This document shows positions 27,475 to 39,300 of a stretch of DNA of 64,000 bases, piece after piece (position 1 is the first letter of the stretch; every line of letters begins with the position of its first letter). This DNA comes from Polyangiales bacterium (GTDB taxonomy: Bacteria > Myxococcota_A > Polyangia > Polyangiales > Polyangiaceae). The stretch spans positions 32,001-96,000 of the forward strand of contig JBBRNJ010000003.1 in NCBI GenBank assembly GCA_038230375.1, in the 5' to 3' direction. Under the pieces are notes generated by a model. That model saw nothing but the letters and a program-made list of their open reading frames with translations. It made no database searches and was not told the DNA's origin. The translations under genes were made by a program, and so were the position numbers.

Positions 27475-28551
27475 ATGCCGCTGAACTCCCGGAGATCGCT
27501 CGGAGACACGCTTCCTTGTTTCCTGCCCACGGAAAAGGAGCGGCTCGAGCGCGGATGGCCGCACCAGGTGATCCTGGAGGACGATAGCGCTGCCCCGCCC
27601 GAGCGGCTGGCGCTCACTGTCGCGCGCGGGAAGACGCACGTACACGGCGTGTGGCCGCGGGAGGCGCTTCATCGCTACCTTCGCCTCATGGACTGCGTGG
27701 GCTTCGAGGGCATGGCGGTGCGGGTGCTCTCCAGGAAGGCCGAAGCTGCGCTCAGGACAGCGGGTCCGCCGTCCGCGGCTGAAGCAACGGCATGGCTCGC
27801 GCGCGCGGTGCATTCGTACGTGCATCATGATCATGCGCGTGCAAGGGAGCTCGTCTTCGCGATCGAGGCGCTGATCGGCGCCGACCGGACGCTCGAGACC
27901 GTCGTACGCGGCTTCGAGGCGGCCCCGCTCACCGTGGACCGTCGCGGCGCGATGTTCTACCAGCCGTCGTTCAAATTCGGGATCGCGACGGCGCTCCCAT
28001 TCGTCATGCTTCGCGCTTCCAGGAAGGTCGCGAAGGCGTCCCTCCGGCGGCTCGCCGACGAGGCCAAGCGGTTCGCTGGTGCGGGCACGAAGCACGTGGA
28101 TCTGAAGTGGGTCGCCACCGCCCTCGCGATCGCGAGCGGCGGCGCGGCCGCAGTGCAGACGCACTTCGGCAAGGACATGCGTCAGGTGTTCTACCTGGAC
28201 TATTGCGCGGACGATCCCGCATGGGTGAGAGAGCGCCTCGCCGCGAACCCACGCCTGCCCTGCACGGTGCGCACGCTGTGGATCGCGGGGCCAGCGGCCA
28301 TGAGCGGGCTCTCCGCGCGCAAGTTCTCCTCACCCGACCTCATCGCGACGATGCGTGACGTCGGCATGCTCCAGTCGCCGGAGACGGTGGACTTCGCGCT
28401 CTCGCTCGTCGGAAGGAGCGCCGCCAAGGACGCGCCTTTAGCGTGGCTTGCGAGCCACGCAGCGTACGCGCGGCCGATCCTCTTGCGCGCCGCAAAAGGA
28501 AACGGCCCTCGCGCGGATGTCGCGAAGGCCGTCCTTGCTCGTCTGGGATAG
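27475..28551 (+). CDS. Hypothetical protein
   Basis: Long ORF with coding-like codon usage and TATTTT 7 nt before ATG 27475. Confidence 0.65.
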   Translation: MPLNSRRSLGDTLPCFLPTEKERLERGWPHQVILEDDSAAPPERLALTVARGKTHVHGVWPREALHRYLRLMDCVGFEGMAVRVLSRKAEAALRTAGPPSAAEATAWLARAVHSYVHHDHARARELVFAIEALIGADRTLETVVRGFEAAPLTVDRRGAMFYQPSFKFGIATALPFVMLRASRKVAKASLRRLADEAKRFAGAGTKHVDLKWVATALAIASGGAAAVQTHFGKDMRQVFYLDYCADDPAWVRERLAANPRLPCTVRTLWIAGPAAMSGLSARKFSSPDLIATMRDVGMLQSPETVDFALSLVGRSAAKDAPLAWLASHAAYARPILLRAAKGNGPRADVAKAVLARLG

Positions 28552-28603
28552 CCCGCCTGCAATGAGCTTCGAGCGGGGTTCATGTCAGCGACTCACCCGC
28601 GAT

Positions 28604-29903
28604 TCAGGGCGCGCTGCAGGTTCTCGTTTTTGGCGTCGTGAGGAAGACGCTCGTGTTGAACGGCGCGTCGAAGTTGTGCGTGAATGCCCCAACCACTTGC
28701 CCCGTGGAGTTGATGGCTCCAGCGTAGGTCGTGAGGGAGCTCGGCGCGTCGATGATCGTGAAGACCGCATCCTGATAGACGAACGCGTGGGTAACGAAGT
28801 CCTGGCTCTGCGTCGTGCCCGCCACCGCCGACCCGCTGATTCCGCTGATGCTCGTGGACATTGCGCCCGGGACATCGATGTTGGTGAAGACGCCGCCGCG
28901 GAGCAAGAACCCGCGATTGTTCAGTGTCTGGCCGCCCGTGTCCACGTTCAGGCTGTACCCGACGATGTCGCCGGTGCCCGAGATGTCCGTCGCACCCGTG
29001 ATGTCCGCGCCGGGAGATGGAGTGACCTGGGTCTGTACACCGTTGCGGAAGAGGAAGGCGCTCTCGCCGTACACGCCGACGATGTCGCCCGCTTCGTTCC
29101 AACCCACCGGGATGTTGTTGGCGTTGTCGAGCGCGGCGATCGTCGTGAAGGTCCCGTTTTCCCAGATGAACGGATGGATCGTGTCGTCATTGGTCCAGCC
29201 CAGGATGCGGCCATGGTCATCGATGGCCGTGAGGTAGGTGCCGTTCACGGCGCCCGGACGATCGACGGTCGTGAAGGCGCCCGCATGAAACAGGAAGCCA
29301 TGCACGACGCCGTCGTCGAGCTGGTAGAGCCCGACGATGTCGCCGTAGGTGTTGATGCCAGCTGCGCCCATGTTGATGGAGCCGGGATAGTTGATCTCCG
29401 TGAACGTGAACGACGCTGCCTGCGGCGCGCCGCAGAGGCCCGCCTGACAGGTGTCGCTGCTGGTGCAGGCGTTGTTGTCGTTGCACACTGTCCCGTCGGT
29501 CTTGGATGGCGCAACGGGGCAGGCGCCAGTGGCCGGATTGCACGTGCCGGCAACATGGCACTGGTCAGCTGCACCACAGAGGACACCCGTGCCCGCGCAG
29601 TGCGTCGCGCTGCACGTGTCGTTCGTAGTGCAGAGGTTCCCGTCGTCGCATGACGTCCCGACGGGCGCGGTGGCGTGCTGGCACCCGCGGCCGTGGACGC
29701 AACTGTCGACCGTGCACGGGTTGGCGTCGTCGCAGTTGACCTTCTTGCCGCAGCCCTTCTCGCCCGGCTCTTCGCGCTCGTTCTTGTCCTTGTCGGCGAG
29801 CGTCGTCACGCCGTCTTCCGCCGGGAGCCGCGCCACCTGAAGGCGCGCTGCACGCGCTCACCGAAGCCAGAAGGAACCCGAGCCCACACAGAAGAACCTT
29901 CAT
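28604..29903 (-). pseudogene. Frameshifted lipoprotein with Cys-rich repeats and HAF-like extracellular repeats
   Basis: The signal peptide and lipobox (MKVLL...VSAC, ATG 29903) are out of frame with the body ORF. Removing one base from the run at 29823-29825 joins them. Confidence 0.65.
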
Positions 29904-29996
29904 CGGAAACCTCCCCACAAAAGACTGATGCCCCCGCCCCTACCGCGGCGTCGCGGTCGGGTCAACGGGGGCACGTACGAGGCCTCGAAAGGTTTC

Positions 29997-31322
29997 TCAG
30001 TGAGAGCCGATCTTCATGCCGGGCTTGAAGACGTTGTCCTCTTCGCCGGTGACGAGCACGACCTCGGAGTTGTCGATGCTGGTGAAGATCTGGTCGTAGG
30101 TCTTCGGCGTCTTGAAGCCGAGCATGCCGTTCATGAGCGACGTGGTGGCGTTCGGCATCGAGGAGAAGAACGAGGGCATCGCGTTGGTGACGAACTCCAG
30201 GTACTTCGTGCCGGTGGGGTCATCGGGGTTCAGCGCGGCGCGGGTCTGCGCGAGCGAGCCGTCGACGTAGGCGAAGGAGTCGCAGCCGTTCATGAAGAAG
30301 ATCTGGTACTTGCCCTTCTTGAATTTGCCGTGGCTCGCGAGGGCGCGGACGTTCTGGCCGAGGCCCGAGTGGCCGTTGTACGCGATGATGTCCGCGTCAG
30401 CCGACAGCGTCTCGTAGCGATCGTAGAAGGACTGCGGGGCCTCGGCGATACCGTCGGTGAGGAGCACGGTGACGCTGACCTTCTTGCCGTCCGGAAGCGT
30501 CGCGTCGAACGTCACGTCCGGCATGTCGACGGCGGGCGTGGCGGAGAGCTTGGCGGGAGTGGTGACCGGCTTGTAGGGCGCCAGGGTCGACTTCATCGTG
30601 GTGACGAACTCGTCGAAGCCGGAGATGCCGGCGTCGGCCGTGGTCTTCGCGCCTGACTCGAACTTGCCGAAGATGGCGACGACCTTGAGCGTGTCGTCCT
30701 CCCACACCTTCTGGTACTCGGGGTACTTGTTCTTCGTGTTCTGGGTCGACTTGGTGACCTTGACGGGAGACTTGATGACCTCGCTCGCCGACAGCTTGCA
30801 GCCGCTCTCGTTGGGTCGGTAGAAGTACCAGATGCTGCCGATGTCGAGCTCGCTTGCGGAGCCCGGCTCCACGCAGTCGCCCTTGTGCGCGTTGAGCAGT
30901 GCGTTCTGGCCGTCCTGGCTCACGTCGTGCGGAAGGATGAAGGTGTAGGTCTTCGGGAGCTTGGTCTTGGCGCCCCATGCGACGGGGAGCTTCGCGTGAT
31001 AGCTGATCGTCGTCTTGCCAGCGGCGGTCGTCTTCTTGACGTTCGTGAGGTCCACGTTGTCGAGGCGGCCGACGGAGTTGTTTCCGTTGAGCTGGCCAAT
31101 CGTGAAGAGCAGCTGGTCTTCGATGGTCTGCTTGTTGTCGAAGACCGCTTCGTTCGTCACGAACTCGGAGTCGAACTCGAAGTTCAGGAGCGTGGCCTGG
31201 TTGCTGGTGAAGTCACCTTCGGTCTGATCAGCGTTCGACGCGTCAGCGGCGCAACCTGCGAGGGTGCCCGAGAACGTGGCGAGGAGAGCGAGAGCCGAGA
31301 TGTTGAAGATGGTGGTACGCAT
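29997..31322 (-). CDS. Lipoprotein with possible clan-CD cysteine peptidase fold
   Basis: Lipobox LAGC. YNGHSG and FFMNGC give a His/Cys dyad pattern. Start ATG 31322. Confidence 0.65.
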   Translation of the reverse strand: MRTTIFNISALALLATFSGTLAGCAADASNADQTEGDFTSNQATLLNFEFDSEFVTNEAVFDNKQTIEDQLLFTIGQLNGNNSVGRLDNVDLTNVKKTTAAGKTTISYHAKLPVAWGAKTKLPKTYTFILPHDVSQDGQNALLNAHKGDCVEPGSASELDIGSIWYFYRPNESGCKLSASEVIKSPVKVTKSTQNTKNKYPEYQKVWEDDTLKVVAIFGKFESGAKTTADAGISGFDEFVTTMKSTLAPYKPVTTPAKLSATPAVDMPDVTFDATLPDGKKVSVTVLLTDGIAEAPQSFYDRYETLSADADIIAYNGHSGLGQNVRALASHGKFKKGKYQIFFMNGCDSFAYVDGSLAQTRAALNPDDPTGTKYLEFVTNAMPSFFSSMPNATTSLMNGMLGFKTPKTYDQIFTSIDNSEVVLVTGEEDNVFKPGMKIGSH

Positions 31323-31335
31323 AGCAGACATACAC

Positions 31336-31350
31336 GCACGTGAGATGCCA
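31336..31350 (-). promoter_or_regulatory. Sigma54-type promoter
   Basis: Minus strand TGGCATCTCACGTGC (GG-N10-GC), 13 nt upstream of ATG 31322. Confidence 0.65.
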
Positions 31351-31479
31351 ATGTAGGCAGATGTCGTCCGGGCCAATGTAAAAGCGGAATCATTGGAGAA
31401 AATACCGTCGCAGCGACGCGGCGTGGACGGAAGTGGGACGGAATGGACCCAGATCGTGGGGTGCGGCCGATCCAGGGGG

Positions 31480-31624
31480 GAGGTTGAGGGTCGGGGTGGA
31501 GGTCGAGGTCGAGGTCGGTGTCGAAGTCGGTGTCGAGGTCGGTGTCGAGGTCGGTGTCGAAGTCGGCGTCGTTGTCGAAGTCGTCGTCGTTGTCGAAGTC
31601 GTTGTCGAAGTCGTCGTCGTCGTC
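31480..31624. repeat. Hexamer tandem array 5 (GAGGTC/GGTGTC/GAAGTC/GTTGTC)
   Basis: Directly visible, about 14 nt after the stop of the sigma54 activator. Confidence 0.92.
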
Positions 31625-31638
31625 GCCCCGTCAGCCCC

Positions 31639-33069
<1,431 letters not shown>

Positions 33070-33110
33070 GCCGTGGGAGCGCCGACGATGCTACCTTACT
33101 GGCCGCACGC

Positions 33111-34034
33111 TTGCACGACGGCGCATACAGAGACGCGAGCCAGGGGCTCCGGCAGCACATCGTCGACGCGGACCTCGCGGTGTCGCAGCGGAAGGCGCGC
33201 ATGACGGATGCGCTGTCGCATCTGCTGCCGTCGGAGCTGCGGACGCGTATCGAGCAACTGTCGGCGATCGCGCTCCCCGACGACGCGTCGTTCGAGGTGC
33301 TCACGCGCGTGGCAGACCAGCGGCTGGAGCTCGTGGACACTCTCGATGAGGCGCTCGCCCTGGCACCAACGCTCGCCTCGGGGGTCACCCATGCAGCGGA
33401 CGGGACGCCGTCGCCGCCTTCGCAGGATGATACGTGGGGGCCCGCCGGTACAGAGGACGCGATCATCCCTCTTCGTGCCCAGGCGCAGCAGATCGTGGCG
33501 CACCTGGATCCCTCCGCGGGCGTCGTCACGAGAGGAGCGCGCATCACGGCGCGTATGACCGTGGAAGGCGTGGCCATCCTCTGGGTCGTCGAGCTGGGCG
33601 CGGCGGTCAACGTCAATGGTGGCCTTGAGGCCTCCATCACGTTCCTGCGCGCGCGCCATCTCGTCGAGATCAACGTGCCCACAGAGCTCCCGCGCATGCG
33701 CGTCCGACCCGAGGGGCTCGCCGACGGCGTGTTGAAGCTGCTCTCGCTGTCGCACGAGCTCGAGCTGGGCGACGAGAGCTTCGATCGCCTGTGCTTCGTG
33801 GAAGGCGATCCGGCATTCGCACCGCAGCTGCTCGTGGAGAACGTGAGGAGCCGCCTGGTCGCGCGCGTGAAGTGCGGAGCTTTTCGGTTCGCGCTCGACG
33901 GCGGCGTCGCGTCGCTCTCGTGGACGCGCTCCGGGCTGTCGCTCATCGCGAGCGAGGACGTCACTGCGTCGGTGCTCGTCGTAGCGGCGCTCCGTCAGGC
34001 TGCGACGAACGTCAAGTTGCTCCGCGATGCCTGA
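33111..34034 (+). CDS. Hypothetical protein
   Basis: Long ORF with coding-like codon usage. TTG start uncertain. Confidence 0.6.
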   Translation: MHDGAYRDASQGLRQHIVDADLAVSQRKARMTDALSHLLPSELRTRIEQLSAIALPDDASFEVLTRVADQRLELVDTLDEALALAPTLASGVTHAADGTPSPPSQDDTWGPAGTEDAIIPLRAQAQQIVAHLDPSAGVVTRGARITARMTVEGVAILWVVELGAAVNVNGGLEASITFLRARHLVEINVPTELPRMRVRPEGLADGVLKLLSLSHELELGDESFDRLCFVEGDPAFAPQLLVENVRSRLVARVKCGAFRFALDGGVASLSWTRSGLSLIASEDVTASVLVVAALRQAATNVKLLRDA

Positions 34035-35508
34035 GTCCGCGCGGAACCAGAACGCGCGATAGCCCCGCGAAGGCGAGCTCGAACACGAGCGCAAGTGCGG
34101 CCGCCGGGAGCGCCCCGCGCAGGAGTAACCCCGTGTCGCGCAGGCTGATCCCCTGGAGGATCGGGTTGCCGAGTCCGTCCGCGCCCACGAGCGCCGCGAT
34201 GGTCGCTGTGCCCACGTTGATGACCGCGCTGGTCTTCACGCCGGCCAGGATCATGGGCGACGCGAGCGGGAGCGAGATCCGACGGAGCTTTGCCCACGCA
34301 GGCAGACCCAGCGCGTCAGCGGAGCGCATCAACTCCGGTGTGATGGTGGTGAGGCCCGTGTACGTGTTCCGCGCGATGGGCAAGAGACCATAGAGGAGCA
34401 GCGCCACGATCGCCGGCCGCGCTCCGATGCCCAGCAGCGGCACCAGCAGCGCAAGGAGGGCGAGCGACGGCACCGTCTGCAACACGCCCGTGAGCGTGAG
34501 CAGCAGCGGCCCCACGCGCGGTGAGCGGCTCGCAAGGACGCCGATGGGAATGCCGATGAGGATGGACGCGGCGAGCGACGCGAGCACGAGCTGCACGTGC
34601 CTGAACGTGTCCTTCGCGATCTCCGCCACGGCGCTCGGCGCGAGCGGGATGGCGCGCGCGCCTCCGGGGAGCAGCGTGGTGGCTGCCTTCTCCACGCTCT
34701 CGTGGTCCATGGCCATCATCGCGTTCGCGTGCGTCATGGCGCGCGTGTCCACTGCGCCGACCAGGCGCGACATGGAGGCAAAAGCAGCAGGCGCGCGCGT
34801 GGGCAGGTCCTGGCGATAGAGGAGTACCGCGTCGTAGCGTGGGAAGAAGGCCTTGTCGTCGGTGAGGAGCACAAGGCCCATGCGCTCGATCTGCGCGTCC
34901 GTCGTGTACACGTCCAGCACGTCGATGGAGCCGGTGCGGAGCGCCTCATACGCCAGCTCGTGCTGCACGCCACGCACGCTCTCTGCGGACAGGCCGTAGC
35001 GCGCCGTCAGCCCGGGGAGGCCGTCCTTGCGCCCGATGAACTCGTGGCTGAGGCCCAGGCGCAGCTCGCGATGCCGCGCGAGATCGCTCAGCGAGTGCAC
35101 GTCGCTCTTCGTGGCAATGTCGGGGAGGGTGGCGAGCGCGTAGCTGTCGTCGAAGCCCAGGCGTTCGCTCATCCCGATTCCCATGGCCGCCAGGGCCTGC
35201 CGCCGCTGCCCATCCTGCGGGTGCTCGCGGAGGAGCACCTCGTCGATCGTGCCCGTGTACTCTACATAGATATCGATCGCGCCCGAGCGCAGCGCCGCGA
35301 GCGTGATCTCCGTGCCGCCGAGGTTCTTCGCGTGCGTCGCCTCCGCGCCGGATTCGGCCGCCAGCGCGCGCAGGGCCTCACCCAGGATCCACGACTCCGG
35401 GAACGCCTTGGACCCCGCCGTGACGCGCGCGCCGCCGTCTGCTTGCGCCACGCGCGGCGCGAGCAGCGCAAACGCCAAGAGGAGCAGCACGGAGAGCGCG
35501 CGCTTCAT
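34012..35508 (-). CDS. Glycine betaine/osmoprotectant ABC transporter, fused substrate-binding and permease
   Basis: GSKAFPES, YVEYTGT, YTTD and FFPRY (OpuAC-like), then QTVPSLAL and an EAA-loop permease region. Confidence 0.9.
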   Translation of the reverse strand: MKRALSVLLLLAFALLAPRVAQADGGARVTAGSKAFPESWILGEALRALAAESGAEATHAKNLGGTEITLAALRSGAIDIYVEYTGTIDEVLLREHPQDGQRRQALAAMGIGMSERLGFDDSYALATLPDIATKSDVHSLSDLARHRELRLGLSHEFIGRKDGLPGLTARYGLSAESVRGVQHELAYEALRTGSIDVLDVYTTDAQIERMGLVLLTDDKAFFPRYDAVLLYRQDLPTRAPAAFASMSRLVGAVDTRAMTHANAMMAMDHESVEKAATTLLPGGARAIPLAPSAVAEIAKDTFRHVQLVLASLAASILIGIPIGVLASRSPRVGPLLLTLTGVLQTVPSLALLALLVPLLGIGARPAIVALLLYGLLPIARNTYTGLTTITPELMRSADALGLPAWAKLRRISLPLASPMILAGVKTSAVINVGTATIAALVGADGLGNPILQGISLRDTGLLLRGALPAAALALVFELAFAGLSRVLVPRGLRHRGAT

Positions 35509-36290
35509 GCCTGCTCCGTGGTGGGCGTCGCGCCGTTGCCGAGCAGCTCCGCGACGAATGGCGTCTTCGGCGAATGCGTGAGCTCGGACATGGTGCCGCG
35601 TTGCACGATCTTGCCCTCCGCCATCACGACGATCTCGTCGGCAAGGGCAGCCGCTTCTGCTGCGTCGTGCGTGACGAGCAGCACGCTCTTGCCAAGGCGC
35701 ACGATGATCCCGCGCAGCTCCTTCTGGAGACGTCTCCGCACCACCGCGTCGAGCGCACCGAGCGGCTCGTCCAGCAGCAGCAGCGGCGGATCCAGCAGTA
35801 GCGCGCGCATGAGCCCCACGCGCTGGCGCTGTCCGCCGGAGAGCTCACCCGGGTAACGGTCGAGCGTGTCGCTCGTCAGGCCCACGAGCTCACGCAGCTC
35901 ACCGATGCGCTTCTTTTCGCGGTCGCGCTCCCAGCCAAGGTGCTCCGACATGATCGCCACGTTGCGCCGCGCAGTCAGGTGCGGAAAGAGACCGCCCTCC
36001 TGGATCACGTAGCCGATGCGATGCCGCAGAGAGCGTATGGACGCTGGCGTCATCTCCTCGCCGAGCACGCGTACCGTCCCCGTGTCGGGCGCGATCAACC
36101 CCATCACCAGGTGCAGCAACGTCGACTTCCCGGAGCCGCTTCCGCCGAGCAGCGCCAGGCGCGTGCCGGCGGCCAGCGTGAAGTCGGTCTCCGCGAGCGC
36201 GACCACGGCGCCGCCTCGTGCCTGGTAGACCTTCTTGACGCCGGTGAGCGTGATGGCATCCGCCGGCGTTGCTTTGGCGTCGTTCTCCAA
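35505..36290 (-). CDS. ABC transporter ATP-binding subunit (osmoprotectant type)
   Basis: GGSGSGKST, IGYVIQ.GGLFPH, LSGGQRQR, DEPLGALD and VTHD motifs. Confidence 0.93.
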   Translation of the reverse strand: MENDAKATPADAITLTGVKKVYQARGGAVVALAETDFTLAAGTRLALLGGSGSGKSTLLHLVMGLIAPDTGTVRVLGEEMTPASIRSLRHRIGYVIQEGGLFPHLTARRNVAIMSEHLGWERDREKKRIGELRELVGLTSDTLDRYPGELSGGQRQRVGLMRALLLDPPLLLLDEPLGALDAVVRRRLQKELRGIIVRLGKSVLLVTHDAAEAAALADEIVVMAEGKIVQRGTMSELTHSPKTPFVAELLGNGATPTTEQA

Positions 36291-36333
36291 ACGAGCCGAA
36301 CTCTATCAGAGCGGTGGTACCCTTGCGGGTCCT

Positions 36334-39300
36334 ATGGGTAAGACGCGCCAAGGCAAACCCGTGGAGAAGGACGTCCTCGCGTCCTTTCACCCCGCCGTGG
36401 GCGAGTGGTTCACGGGTGCGCTCGGCGTGCCCACGCCCGTGCAGGCGCTCGCGTGGCCGCACATCCAGCGCGGTGAGTCCACGCTGCTGCTCTCACCCAC
36501 CGGCTCAGGCAAGACGCTTGCGGCGTTCCTGGCCGCAGTGGATCGGCTGGGCAGCTCGCCCCGTCCCGCGGACGAGCCTCCGCGTACGCGTGTACTCTAC
36601 ATCTCGCCGCTGAAGGCGCTCGCGGTGGACGTGGAGAAGAACCTGCGCGCGCCGCTCGTGGGTATCGCGGAGGTGGCGCACGGCGGCGACAGCCCATTCC
36701 GGAAGCTGACCGCGCAGGTGCGCACGGGTGACACGCCTGCGCTCGAACGCGCGCAGATGCAGCGCACGCCGCCGGACATCCTGATCACCACGCCGGAGTC
36801 GCTGTTCCTGATGCTCACGTCGCAGCAGCGCGCGCTGCTCACGCACGTGGAGGTCGTCATCATCGACGAGATCCACCAGATGGTGGCGAGCAAGCGCGGC
36901 GTGCACCTCTTCCTGTCGCTCGAGCGGCTCTGCGCGCTGATGCCGGAGCGAAAGCTCCAGCGCATCGGGCTGTCGGCCACGCAGCGCCCGCTCGACGAGA
37001 TCGCGCGGCTGCTGGGCGGCTTCTCGCGTCCTTTCGTGCAGCGGCCCGTGGCGGTGGTGGATGCCTCCCACAAGAAGGCGCTCTCGATCACGGTCGAGGA
37101 GGTCGCGCCGCTGCCCGCGGAGGCCCCCGTCGGAGATCACGGAGACGACGACATGCTGCCGCTCGGCGGCGACGACGCGCCCGAAGAGGACAGCCGTTCG
37201 ATCTGGCCGGCCGTGCATGCACGCCTGGTCGAGCGCGTCCGCGCGGCGCGCTCCACGATGATCTTCACGAACAGCCGCAGACTGTCCGAGCGCCTTGCCT
37301 CTGCCCTGAACGAGACCGCAGGCGAGGAGATCGCGCTCGCGCACCACGGCAGCATCGCGAAGGACGTGCGCCGCGCGATCGAGGAGCGCCTGAAAGCCGG
37401 CAATTTGCCTGCGATCGTGGCCACGTCGTCGCTGGAGCTCGGCATCGACATGGGCGCGGTGGACCAGGTCATCCAGGTGGAGGCGCCGCCGTCCGTTGCG
37501 TCGGGCATCCAGCGCATCGGCCGCGCGAGCCACCACGTGGGCGGCGTCCCGTCCGGTATCCTGGTGCCAAAACACAAACACGATCTGCTCGCATGCGCGG
37601 CCGCGGCGGCTGGAATCGAGGCAGGCGACGTGGAGACCACGCGCTATCCAAAGAACCCGCTCGACGTGCTCGCACAGCAGATCGTCGCGATCGTCGCGGT
37701 CGGCATGGCGCCGCCGCCCGAGAAGCGCGCGAAGGGCAGGGCCGGCAAGAAGGCCCGCAACGTGCGCCTCGGCCTGGAGCCCGCGCATGCCGTGGATGTC
37801 GAGGAGCTGTGGGCGCTGGTCCGTCGCGCGGCTCCTTTCGCCGACCTGCCTCGTCAGAGCTTCGATGGTCTGCTCGACATGCTCTCTGGCCTGTACCCCA
37901 GCGACGAGTTCTATGATCTGCGGCCGCGCATCACCTGGGATCGCACGAAGAACACGCTGTCTCCGCGCGCCGGTGCGCAGCGGCTCGCGATCCTGAACGC
38001 TGGCACCATCCCCGACCGCGGCCTCTACGGTGTGTTCCTCTCCGACGACTCCGGCTCCGATGGCGAGGTCGCGCGCGGCAGCTCGAAGCAGAAGCCTGCG
38101 CGCCGCGTCGGTGAGCTGGACGAGGAGATGGTCTTCGAGCTGCGCGAGGGCGAGGTCTTTCTTCTTGGCGCTTCATCCTGGCGCACCGATCGCATCACGC
38201 GGGACCGCGTGCTCGTGACGCCTGCCGCTGGAATGCCTGGAAAAATGCCGTTCTGGCACGGTGACCGCGCGGGACGAACGGCCGCGTTCGGCGAGCGAAT
38301 CGGCGCGCTCACGCGTCGCGTGGCGGAGAGCACCACGAAGGCGTCGCAGGCGTTTCTCCGGAGCGACCATCATCTGGATGCGCGCGCCGCGGACACGCTC
38401 ACCACGTACGTGCATGACCAGAAGCGCGCGACGGGTGCCGTGCCGTCGGACCGCACCATCATCGTGGAGCGCGTCCCGGACGAGCTCGGCGACCTGCGGA
38501 TCTGCATCCTGTCGCCGTGGGGTAGCCGTGTGCACGCGCCATGGGCCATGGCAGTGCTCGCGCGATTGCGTGAGGCACGCGCCGGCGACATCGAGGGCGT
38601 ATGGTCCGACGACGGCATTGTCTTCCGCGTTCCCGGGGGCGAAGCGCCGCCAGACACGGAGCTGCTCTTCCCGCGTCCAGGCGAGATCGAGGAGATCGTC
38701 ACGCGTGAGCTCGCGCAGAGCTCGCTCTTTGCGGCGCGGTTCCGCGAGTCTGCTGCGCGCGCGCTCCTGCTCCCGCGTCAGACAATGGGGAAGCGGACGC
38801 CGCTGTGGGCGCAGCGCAAGCGTGCTGCGGACTTGCTCTCGGTGGCCATGCAGTATCCGTCGTTCCCGATCGTGCTCGAGACGTATCGCGAGGTGCTCTC
38901 GGACGCGTTCGATCTGCCCGCGCTGACGGCCGTCCTCGCCGCAGTGGAGAGCCGCAAGATCAAGGTCACCGCGAAGGACTCGGACATTGCTTCGCCCTTT
39001 GCCGCGTCGCTGCTCTTCTCGTTCGTGGGCAACTTCATCTACGACGAGGACGCGCCAGCGGCCGAGCGCCGCGCCCACGCGCTCACGATCGATCACGCAC
39101 AGCTGCGCGAGCTCCTGGGCGAGTCGGAGCTCCGAAAGCTGCTCGACCCCGATGCCGTGAACGATCACGAGCACATGCTCCAGCGGCGCGAATATCCGCT
39201 CAAACATGGTGATGGCGTCTGCGATCTGCTCCGCTGGCTCGGCGACCTGCCGAAGGACGAGCTGCTCGCGCGCGCCCTTGATCGCAAGGGCCTCGAGAAG

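Noticed and set aside
28552..28600. Intrinsic terminator between convergent genes
   Set aside because: Only a weak G-U-rich stem and no U-tract.
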